This document shows positions 53,940 to 64,000 of a stretch of 64,000 bases of DNA, piece by piece. Source of the stretch: the human T2T-CHM13v2.0 reference genome, Homo sapiens; assembly GCF_009914755.1 (NCBI RefSeq), contig NC_060937.1; one strand, given 5' to 3'. Below the pieces are notes generated by a model that did not search any database, was not told the DNA's origin, and saw only the letters and a list, made by a program, of their open reading frames with translations. How positions within the stretch are numbered: position 1 is the stretch's first letter; each line of letters starts with the position of its first letter. Made by a program: the position numbers and the translations under genes.

Positions 53940-54745
53940 CTTAAATTGTGAGATATATCCACAGAAGAGTGCTTTAAACATACATGGAGAGTATGTTTAA
54001 GAGAGAGTTAAGAATAATAATAAAGCAAACATCTTTATGACCATCACCCAGTCAAGAAACAGGACATTTTCAGCACCCAGGAGTCACCTGAAGGCCCCTT
54101 TCAGCTCAGATGTAAATATTTTTATATCTCTTGTGACAAACATGTCTTTACATTTCTTATTATTCCTATTTTATAGATGAGAAAACTTAGGCTGAAACAA
54201 TATAGCTTAGTTCCACTGATTTTCAACTTTATGGATCAGTACATTACCCCTTCATGACTTGCTTCTTTCATTCAACATTATTTTTAAGAAATGCATCTAT
54301 ACTGTTGCATGTAGGCAGAAGTTCTTTAATTTTTATCACTTTCTAATGTTCCACACTAATGCCTATACCACAACTTTTTTATTGGTTCTACTGTTCAAGG
54401 ACATTGGGTTGTTTCCATGAAAGGATTTTTATTAACAACAATGCTATGAACATTCTTGTACATTTTTCCTGGTGCAGATGTGCAAGAATACCTCTAGAGT
54501 TTATAACTAGGAGTGGCACTGCAGGCACATGCATATCTTCGTATTTCACAGATAATAAACTGGTTTTCAAAGCAGTTACATCAATGTATATGTCATCATC
54601 CACAGTTAATGAAAGTCCTCATTGCTCTCCATCCTTGTCAACACTTAACATCATCACACCTTTTCATTTTTGCCAAGACAGTAGTTGTGTAATCTGAATT
54701 TATTGTGGTTTTAGTTGGCCTTTTCCTAGTTACTAATGAAAATGT
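53940..54745 (-). mobile_element. L1ME fragment
   Basis: Track ORF 54388..54603 resembles L1 ORF2 C-terminus (CTRMFIAL...WKQPN). Confidence 0.75.
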
Positions 54746-55429
54746 GTAAAAAGGTTTTTTTTTCTTTTTTCTCTCTTCTACCATTTAGATTTATACTTGC
54801 AAAAAGGCCATTTTTCTTCTATTTGGGCCAAGATTTGGCTCAATATTACAAAGTGTACTAGAATTAGAATAAGCTATTTCTACACCCCTTGTAGAATTCA
54901 ATATTGTATCATTTACTGGAATAGAAGGATACTATGAACTCGTGTATTTCTTTTATAGATATCTTGAATCTTGCCATAAACTTTAGAGAGAAATCGAATA
55001 TATAGGATTCAATATCCCTTTGAAGGAATAACTAGCATTCCTATGAGGAAGCCCCACTTAATAAGACCTTAAAACCGTATGAAAATGAGATTCACTGTAA
55101 CAGAAACTATCAGTCAATCTTTAAATAAAAACTTTTTACCTTTCATGTAAATGTAACATTACACACCAGTATAACCTTTTAGATCTTTAAGCTGTGTAGT
55201 CTAGAGGGATCCGGTGTGGTCAGAGTCTCTAGAGAGTGAACCTAAAGTTCATCACAACAGACTAAATAATAATCAGTTGCATAAAACCTGAAATCAACTT
55301 AAATCTATTTATAGAGGGTCTATGTGCACATCACAGACCATATTTTGAATTCTTCATTAAGCTTTTACATTGGTTTTTGGCATTGCGATGCATGTACTTT
55401 AATCATAATGTTACTGTTTTAGCTCTTAC

Positions 55430-55540
55430 CTTGTCTGTCTTTTTGTCTTGCTTTTCCAAAATGGCCAAATTGTCTTTCAGGATTTTCACAATTTCTGCTG
55501 GATTTTTGTGTGATTTACTAAACAAAGGCATTTTTTTCAT
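55430..55540 (-). CDS. CAB39L: CAB39L first coding exon, codons 1-37 (MKKMPLFSKSHKNPAEIVKILKDNLAILEKQDKKTDK)
   Basis: ATG at 55540-55538; donor AAG|GTAAGA at 55430/55429; 111 nt; matches MO25-beta N-terminus. Confidence 0.97.
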
Positions 55541-55571
55541 GTGTAGAAATCTCTTCTTCCAATATGGAATG
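55541..55571 (-). other. CAB39L: 5'UTR portion (31 nt) of first coding exon
   Basis: Acceptor TTTGTTTTTAG|CATTCC with AG at 55573-55572. Confidence 0.8.
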
Positions 55572-56354
55572 CTAAAAACAAATAAGCCAACAAAAATTAT
55601 AACTTTAACTCTTAATATGCTTAAATTTTTATACCAATGTCTTATAAGTTTTCAATAACATGAATTCAGTAATCTGAAACATTAAAAGTGATCAAATTAA
55701 AATGAGTTTCAAGTTTTATGCCAAATTTAAATACATATATTTTTAAAAAGATATTTTTAAAGTTTTGCTTGAAAGTTTTTATACAAAGTTTAAAATCTTT
55801 CCTGCAATAGAAACATAAGGATTATACAAGAAATAATTTTAGAGTCCAAGTTGATATGTAAAACTAGATATTTTGACCAAAGAAAGTGATAATAATAATA
55901 AATATATTCTATAATGTTTAGCTATATGTATTCTATAATGCTTAGCTGCTATTATTACAAGAAGTTCCATGACATAGTTAATGAACTATTTCACAAAAGA
56001 GAAAGGCACAGTAGTTTAGATATGATTCTATCTTAAATGTCCTAGACATTTCTGGCTCTTTGAGTCAATTATACCTTTTTCCATTATTTTAAAAAACATA
56101 AACTTATTCTCTGAATGCATAATAATCAATGATCAAATATTTTGCATTAAAGTAGAATTTTAAGAAGAAGCCAAATGCATTCATGTATAGACATACCTAG
56201 GAGATACTGTAGGTTCAGTTCCAGACCATTGCAATAAAGCAAATTTCCCAATAAAGTGAGTCATAAAATGTATTTGGTTTTTCCTAGTACATATAAAAGT
56301 TATATTTACGCTATACTGCAGTCTATTAAGTGTGCAATAGTATTATATCTAAAC

Positions 56355-56475
56355 TGATGGGTGCAGCACACCAACATGGCACATGTATACATATGTAACT
56401 AACTTGCACATTGTGCACATGTACCCTAAAACTTAAAGTATAATAAAACAAAAACAAAAGCAAAAACCAAATGAA
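56355..56475 (+). mobile_element. L1PA extreme 3' end nested in Tigger1
   Basis: ATGGGTGCAGCACACCAACATGGCAC...CCCTAAAACTTAAAGTATAATAAA plus A-rich tail. Confidence 0.9.
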
Positions 56476-57227
56476 AACAATATGTATAACTTGATTTATA
56501 AAAATATTTATTGCCTGACCCTTCAGTGAGTCCTAATCTTTTTGCTGGTTGGAGAGTCTTGCATTAATGTTGATGGCTGCTGACTGATCAGGTTGTTGGC
56601 TGCTGAAGGATGGAGTAGCTGTGGCGATTTCTTAAAAGAAGACAATAAAGTTTGCTACGTTGACTCTTCCTTTCATGGAAGATTTCTCTATAGCATGTGA
56701 TGCAGTTTGTTAGCATTTTACTCACAGTAGAACTGCTTTCAAAATTGAAGTCAGTCCTCTCAAAACCTGCCACTGCTTTATCAGCTAAATTTATGTAATA
56801 TTCTAAATCCTTTGTTGTCATTTCATCTTCAGCAGGAGTAGAGTCCATCTTAAGAAACCACTTTCTTTGCTCATCCATAGAAGCAACATTCCTCACCTGT
56901 TCAAGTTTTATCGTGAGATTGCAGCAATTCAGTCACATCTTCAGGCTCTATTCTTAATTCTTGTTCCCTTGTTATTTCCACCATATTGGCAGTTACTTCC
57001 TCCACTGAAGTCTTGAACCCCTCAAAGTTACCCATGAGAGTTAGAACCAACTTCTTCTGAACTCCTGAAAATGTTGATATTTTGACCTCCTCCCATGAAT
57101 CACAAATGTTCTTAATGGCATCTAGAATGATGAATCTTTTACAGCAGGTTTTTCTATTAAGTTTGCCCAGATCCATTAGAGGAATCACTATCTATGGCTG
57201 CTTGCATCTTATGAAATGTATTTCTTT

Positions 57228-57265
57228 TGTTTGTTTTTTTAACTTTTATTAGAACAATATGAACA
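57228..57265 (-). mobile_element. 38-bp orphan retroposed insert in Tigger1
   Basis: 18-bp perfect direct repeats, AATAAA and A-rich tail on the minus strand. Confidence 0.75.
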
Positions 57266-58969
57266 TATGAAATGTATTTCTTTAACAAGTCTGGAAAGTC
57301 AAAATTACTCCTTTATCCATGGGCTGCAGAATGGATGTTAACAGGCATAAAAACAACATTAACCTCCTTGTAAACCTCCATCAGAGCTCCTGGATGATGA
57401 GGTACATTGTCAATGAGCAGTAATATTTTCAAAGGAATATTTTATTCTGAGCAGTGGGTCTCAACAGAAGGCTTAAAATATTCAGTAAACCATGCTGTCA
57501 TCAGGCTTTGTTGTTCCATTTATGGAGCACAGGCCAAATAGATTTAGCATAATTCTTAAGAGCCTAGGGTTTTTGGAATGGGAAATGAATATTAGCTCCT
57601 ACTTCAAGTTACCAGCTGCATTAGCTCCTAACTAGAGAGTCAGCTTGTCCTTTAAAGCCAGGCACTGACTCCTCCTTTCTAGCTATGAAAATCCTAGATG
57701 GCATCTTCTTCCAATACGAGGGTGTTCCATCTACACTGAAAATCTGTTGTTTTGTGTGGCCACCCTCACCAATGATCTCAGCTAGATCTTCTGGATAACT
57801 TGCTGCAGCTTCTATAAATAGCACTTGCTGCTTTTTCCCCTGCACTTTTATGTTCTGGAGATGGCTTCTTTCTTTAAACCTCATGGAGCAATCTCTTTTA
57901 GCTTCAGACTTTTCTTCTGCATCTTCCTTACCTCTCTCAGCCTTCACAGAACTGAAGAAAGCTGGGGACTTGCTCTGGACTAGGCTAAAGGGAATGTGTG
58001 TCTGGTTTGATCTTCTATCCAGACCACTGAAACTGTCTTCGTATTAACAATTAGCTGTTTTGTTTTCTTATTATTTGTGTTTTCACTGGAGTAGCACTTT
58101 TCATTTTCTTCAAGAACTTTTCCTTTGCATCCACAGCTTGGCTAACTTACTGATGCAAAAGGCCTAGCTTTCAGCCTACCTCAGCTCTGGATATGCCTTC
58201 CTCACTAAGACTAACCATTTTTCCATCTTTTGATTTAAAGTGAGAGATATGTGACTCTTCCTTTTCCTTGAACACGTAGAGGCCACTTATAGGGTTATGA
58301 GCCAGCCTAATTTCAGTATTGTTGTATCTTAGGGAACAGGGAGGCCTGAGGAAAGTGAGACAGGGGAACGGCCAGTCGATGGGGCACTCAGAACACATGC
58401 AACATTTATCGATTATGGGCACAGTCTGTGGTGTCCCAAAACAATTACAATAGTTAACATCAGAGATCACTGATCACAGATCACCACAACATATGTACTA
58501 ACAATGAAAAAGTTTGAAATATTGTGAGAATTAACAAAATGCATCAAGAGATACAAAGTGAGCACATGCTGTTGAAAAAAAATGGCACCAATAGACTTCC
58601 TCAATGCAGGGTTGCCATAAACCTTCAATTTTTCAAATACACGGTGTCTTCAAAGCACAACAAAGGTGAAACACAATAAAATAAGGTATGCCTGTAATTG
58701 CTGTCTTTCTCCCTGTAGTTCTATAGCACTAAGGGAAAGATATATAACTGTAGGAATTTTAAATACTCCCTGACATCAAAACAGAGTACAAATTATAACA
58801 TGGTATCATAGATATGATATGATTTTTTGTCCATTATTACTTTGCTTGGTTCTCACTGTAACAAGCTAATGCTAATTTACTTAAATTAAAAACGTTTTCA
58901 GGGTTTCCATGTCAATCTGGTGATAAGCATTTTCTGATTCACTATCTCCCCTTTTCATCTGATGGTGGG

Positions 58970-59110
58970 TTTGTTCATTTATTCATTGAATAAATAATCT
59001 GAGTAATTACTGAGCACAGGCACTTTGCTAAATACTAGGGATAGAGCCACAAACAAGAAAAACACAATCCCTGTTCTTTGGAGCCTATTATTAAGTGGAA
59101 AAAGCAAACA
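58970..59110 (-). mobile_element. L2 3' fragment
   Basis: TTCATTTATTCATT...CAGGCACTTTGCTAAATACTAGGGATA. Confidence 0.6.
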
Positions 59111-59421
59111 TTTTAGGGCAATGGGGTTATATAATGGGGAAATAACACACAGTATACTGCCTCAATACAATCTCCTTTAAAAATTATTTTCATATTTTAC
59201 TATACCTACTTATTGTAATAAGTATAATATGATTAGTTTAACAATGTTTTAAAATTTCATCTTATCATTATTCTTCTATTTTGGGATCCATATTTTGAAG
59301 GAAATCAAAGCTCATGCTCTTAAACTATGCTTGAGTTCCAGCACCCAGACCCCCTGCAAATTAAGGCAGAACTCTCCTGCCTCTCCCAGTTCTTCTCAGA
59401 CCATGGCCAGCCCCACTCCAT

Positions 59422-59511
59422 TCCCAGACTAAACACCTCCCCCACTCCCAGACTAAACACCTCCCCCACTCCCAGACTAAACACCTCCCCGACTCCAAGA
59501 CTAAACACCTC
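59422..59511. repeat. 24-bp minisatellite, about 3.8 copies (TCCCAGACTAAACACCTCCCCCAC)
   Basis: Direct read; explains the PRLNTSPT and EVFSLGVG repeats in track ORFs. Confidence 0.93.
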
Positions 59512-61679
59512 CTCCATCACCTGGAAACTTGAGGCTGCCTTTCTCACACTCTGGGCGACCATGCTGGTCACTATATATACATCTACTCCAATCACAACAT
59601 TTAGCCCACTGGTGGTCATTTAAGCAATGAACCAAGTAGCACTCAAACCTTCTACACAAACACAAGACACGTAAACTCCCTCTAGTTGATTGTAACTGAT
59701 CTGCTGTATGATTCAAAAGAAGTTAATCACCCCCTTCTAGGTGTCATTTGTTCTATCTGTAAAACGAAGTTGTTCTTAAAGTAAGATTGAGCATCAGGGC
59801 TCTAGGTTATTCACCACTGTCCCACACCCATTCTGAGTCTTTAACCCCCAGTATCCTATCATGATAAAGATAAAGCCAAAAATAAAGTGCTTAAGCTGGG
59901 AACAAAAGGAATGGAGAGGCCTGACAATGGTGCCTTGTGGGGATAAGGTGGCAGGAAAGTAATTTTTCCATAAAGTCTACCTCAGAGTTTTAAGAACATA
60001 CATTCTGTTTCAGCAAAGCAGGCAGTGGGGGCGGGAAAAGACGCATGTTAGTCCAGAAGGCTAACACTAGATAAATGCCTCCTAGGCATTGAAAACGGTG
60101 TTGAGACCACGCACATCAATGTGCCCTCAGCATTAATGCTGACAGCAGGCCATGCAGCACAGAAATGTTAGTGGACTGACAATGGCCCTGTTATACTTTT
60201 CCTCTTCCAGCAGTCAGTAAGCAGAATAAACAACAAATAGGTTGTTTATTATTATTAAAGGAACACAATGAAAGGAAATAAATGCCCTGCAGACTTGGGC
60301 AAGAAAGGTTGCTTCTGAAATTAATTCTCTATAAAGCTAGAACAGATATAAATTTAAGAAAAGAAGAAAAGGAGACAAAAAGCTCTTTTAGACAAAAAAA
60401 AGAGCTAGCCAAGGTAAAAGACTGAAAATACACACATATATGCACATATAAATATACACATGCCCAAGATGCAGACTGGGAATCCCAAACTGCATAGAGC
60501 AGAATAACAATACAGAAAATGGGTCTGGGGCAACTTCAAGGTACAAAATTAGTTAGTGTGCATGTATTCATTCGAAAAGTATTTACTGAGCACTTATAAT
60601 GTACTAGGCACTGAACAAGGAAATACGAAACAAAGAAGCCTCAAAGGGCTCACGATGTAGTGAGAGACACAGACACGTGCAAAATTTTCCCAGAAGGCGA
60701 GAAAAGGTCGAAAAAACTAAAATGATGAAGAAAAGATATAGAGTGTGTATGGATACATATCTTTATATCTATATAGGTATTTTATAGCGATATGAAGAAA
60801 ATGGAGTGTTCTCCCCTAACAAACAGGTGTTACAACAATGGAGGGGGGAGGATAGGAAGCCAAAAACAGCAAAGGCATTAAAACTGGAACAGAATCAAAG
60901 ATACAACAGCATAAACAGAAAAACAATCTAAACTTGATCATTCGAAAGATTTTTCTAGTTGAGATTCATGATAAGACCCAACATTCAGTGTCTTGCAGCT
61001 TTTAAAATAAACATTTCCTTCTCAGATCACATTCCAACAAAATGACCTTAAAAAAACAAACGAAAGCATAAAAATCAGGTTGGTTTTAGACTTCCATGAA
61101 CCAAATGCCCCAAGGCCATGGAGAAAACCTAGAGTTCTGATAAGTAAAGTCTATAACACCATAATTAAATCCTTAGCCAATATACCATTTATGTGTGAAC
61201 AGATAGTGTATATTTACTAAAAATGGAACAAAAAGATGAGATGGAATGAGGCCCACAAAGAGCTCAACAAAATTAATGCTAAAAAATCAGAAATAGTTCT
61301 TGAAAAGGAGCCTGTATATTGTTGGCAGAACATGTGGGAGGGTGAGAATCTACAATTATAACTCATTCATATAGGAATAAAAATAAATAAGGATTCAACT
61401 AAAGAAGTTAAAAAGGAAACTGCCCCAAAAATCTCCAAGAAAAGATGGATGGAAATAATAATAGAAGTAGAAATAACTCAATTAGAGAAGTAAAAGAAAA
61501 GGAAGAAAACCTCTGGTAGCTATTTGGTCCGGGTTTCTTCTGGTGATAGATGTGTCTGCCCTACTTCCCACATCACCTCACCCCAACAAAAGGGGGGGAA
61601 CATGACCCAGGTTTGGCCACAGTATTCCCTGTCCTGGATGCAGCAACTAGCTAGTAAATAGATTGTGACATAGCCAATC

Positions 61680-61989
61680 AAAATAAAAAAGAAGAAAGAA
61701 AAGTGTTGATGAGAATGCTGAGAAAAGGGAACTCTTGTACATTGTTGGTGGGAAGGTGAATTAGAACAGCCACTATAAGAAACGGTGTGGATGATATGCC
61801 AAAAATAAAAATGGAACTACCACATGATCCAGTAATCCCACTTCTGGGTATATATCCAAAGGAACTGAAATCAGTATGTCAAGGAAATATCTGCACTTCC
61901 GTATTCATTGCAACCTTATTTACAATAGCCAAGACATGGAACCAACCTAAGTGTCCATCAAAAGATAAATAGATAAAAAATGTAGTACA
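61680..61989 (+). mobile_element. L1PB/L1MA ORF2 3' fragment
   Basis: Track ORF 61787..61972 (DPVIPLLGIYPKE...WNQPKCPS). Confidence 0.85.
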
Positions 61990-62280
61990 GGCTGGGTGCG
62001 GTGGCTCAGTCCTGTAATCCCAACACTTTGGGAGGCCAAGATGGGTGGATCACTTGAGTCCAGGAGTTCGAGACCAGCATGGCCAACATGGGGAAACCCC
62101 GTCTCCACAAAAAATACAAAAATTAGCTGGGTGTGGTGGCAGGCACCTATACTCCCAGCTACTCAAGAGGCTGAGGCATGAGAATCGCTTGAACCCAGGG
62201 GGCAGAGGTTTCAGTGAGCCAAGATGTGCCACTGCACTCCAGCTTGGGTGACAAAACAAGACTCTGTCTCAAAAAACAAA
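61990..62280 (+). mobile_element. AluS
   Basis: Full dimer. Confidence 0.93.
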
Positions 62281-62497
62281 ACACTGCTTTAAAATAGATT
62301 CAAAGCAGAGACAAAAGAGAAAATGGCTATATCTTCATTCGATATAGCCAAATTGCTTTCTCAAGTTTTTATTCCAGTTTATACTTTCACAGCTGTGTAG
62401 TGTGAGTTGCAGTTATCGCCCATCCTTCCTAACATTTGGACCTGTCAGAATTTAAAAATTTCGCCAGTATGACAGCTGTAAAAGGTTGTCCCATTAT

Positions 62498-62817
<320 letters not shown>

Positions 62818-62892
62818 CATACTAGCTTTTTAACTTTCTTATTCTGTACATTTCCTAATTCTATACTTTGCCCATTTCATATTTAAAAAAAA

Positions 62893-63041
62893 ATTTAGAG
62901 ACAAGTTCTTGCTCTGTCACCTAGGCTGGAGTGCAGTGGCAGTCACAGCTTACTGCAGCCTCGAACTCCTGACCTTAAGTGATCCTCCCACCTCAGCCTT
63001 ACAAAGTCCTGGGATAATAGGCGTGAACCACTGTGCCCAGC
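62893..63041 (-). mobile_element. Alu monomer (FRAM/FAM-like)
   Basis: About 150-bp antisense monomer. Confidence 0.75.
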
Positions 63042-63249
63042 TACTTTGCCCAGTTCTTTAAGGTGGCTGAAGAAAGTCATATCAGCTGCCAATACCAACT
63101 AGTACAGTCCCTCGCTAATAAATATAAATCACGTGCAAGAATCATGAGGTGTTTGATGAAAATCAAGAATATAAAAGAGAAATGTAAAAATAAATAGAGC
63201 AAACCCTGGGGGGGATGGTAAAAATTATATTATATTTATATACCCAAAA

Positions 63250-63930
63250 GATATGCTATGCTATCACATCCATAAAATAAGAACAGGCTGCTATGAAAAA
63301 GAAGTAAACAATGAATGAGAAAACATTCTTGGAACTAAGAACATGCAATGCAATAGAATAGCTGATTGGTAGAAGGGTATAGAATTGAAAAACAAATCCA
63401 CAATTTAAAGACCAAGCCATGGAAATCTGGAATGAAGAGTAAAATACAAAGAAAAGCAAAGAACTAATTCACAGAAAAGTTGGAAATATACAGGGTAGAG
63501 CTGGAGAGCCAATATTGATTGAATATAAATGCTTAAAGGAAAAGAAAAAAACAGAGATAACTGATGAGAGAGTAACAAATACATCAACAAATAAAAAGGA
63601 AGCAAAATTCCTAGAGCTGAACATGTCTTCAGATTTAAGTAAACTAATGGTTATTACACAGAGGGAATGCAAAAAGGCCTATTCCAAGATACACTGTGAA
63701 ATTTCTGAACTCTAAAGCGAAATCCCACAAACTTCCATAAAGGGGAAAAATCTAGAGTGGCACCTAAGAACCAGACTGTCAGAGTGGAATCAGGATTAGT
63801 AACTTCACACCAAATGACAGAAGGCAGTGAAACACTGTTTACATAGTTTCTAGGGAAAAAGATTTTTCACCTAGAATTCTATACTTTACCAATTATGCAG
63901 ATGTGAGGGCAAACTAAAATTACCTAAGGA
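63250..63930 (+). mobile_element. Ancient L1/HAL1 ORF1-region remnant
   Basis: AAAATTCCTAGAGCTGAA, GTGAAATTTC, CCTAGAATTCTATAC; approximate. Confidence 0.5.
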
Positions 63931-64000
63931 CAAAGATGGTGAAGGAGTAGGGGGAAGAGAAAGGAAGATGGAGGAGAAACAGAAAAATGAGAAAACAGTT

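Larger units (their letters stand above)
56188..58694 (-). mobile_element. Full-length Tigger1 DNA transposon (decayed transposase)
   Basis: TA-flanked TIRs (TAGACATACCT...AGGTATGCCTG); pogo-like ORF remnants at 57621-57947, 56901-57188 and 56588-56896. Confidence 0.93.

Noticed and set aside
55200-55212. TCTAGAGGGATCC resembling an XbaI-BamHI polylinker
   Set aside because: Differs from the pUC polylinker by one base and has no other vector sequence; chance.
56588-57947. Possible domesticated TIGD-like transposase gene
   Set aside because: The frame is broken into several pieces by stops, frameshifts and insertions.
59320-59623. Repeat-containing ORFs on both strands (PRLNTSPT / EVFSLGVG)
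   Set aside because: By-product of a 24-bp (3n) minisatellite lacking stops; no other coding signal.
60027-60039. GGGGGCGGGAAAA SP/E2F-like motif
   Set aside because: Isolated short motif with no CpG island or other promoter evidence.

Overview
Primate genomic DNA (human or a very close great ape; Alu-rich, with an L1PA2-type insert) lying wholly inside the minus-strand gene CAB39L (MO25-beta, scaffold of the LKB1-STRAD complex). Seven coding exons with canonical AG/GT boundaries join in frame to give codons 1-278 (MKKMPLFSKSHKNP...FEAFHVFK). The last coding exon lies left of the window and no promoter or first exon is visible. The rest is intron, filled with about 29 Alus, L1 fragments of several ages, L2/MIR, solo LTRs (THE1, an ERV1-class LTR), a full-length Tigger1, MER33, a MER6-like MITE and microsatellites. 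Nearly all ORFs in the supplied track are repeat-derived or spurious. I find no evidence of a new gene or multi-gene system. The notable signals are small: a U2 snRNA 5' fragment retroposed into MER33, a 38-bp orphan polyadenylated insert inside Tigger1, fold-back (template-switch-like) palindromes, a 32-bp exact copy of a MIR segment 3.9 kb away, an LTR nested in an Alu, and an L1 whose deletion junction was later duplicated. Repeat subfamily names come from recalled consensus sequences and old-repeat boundaries are approximate.
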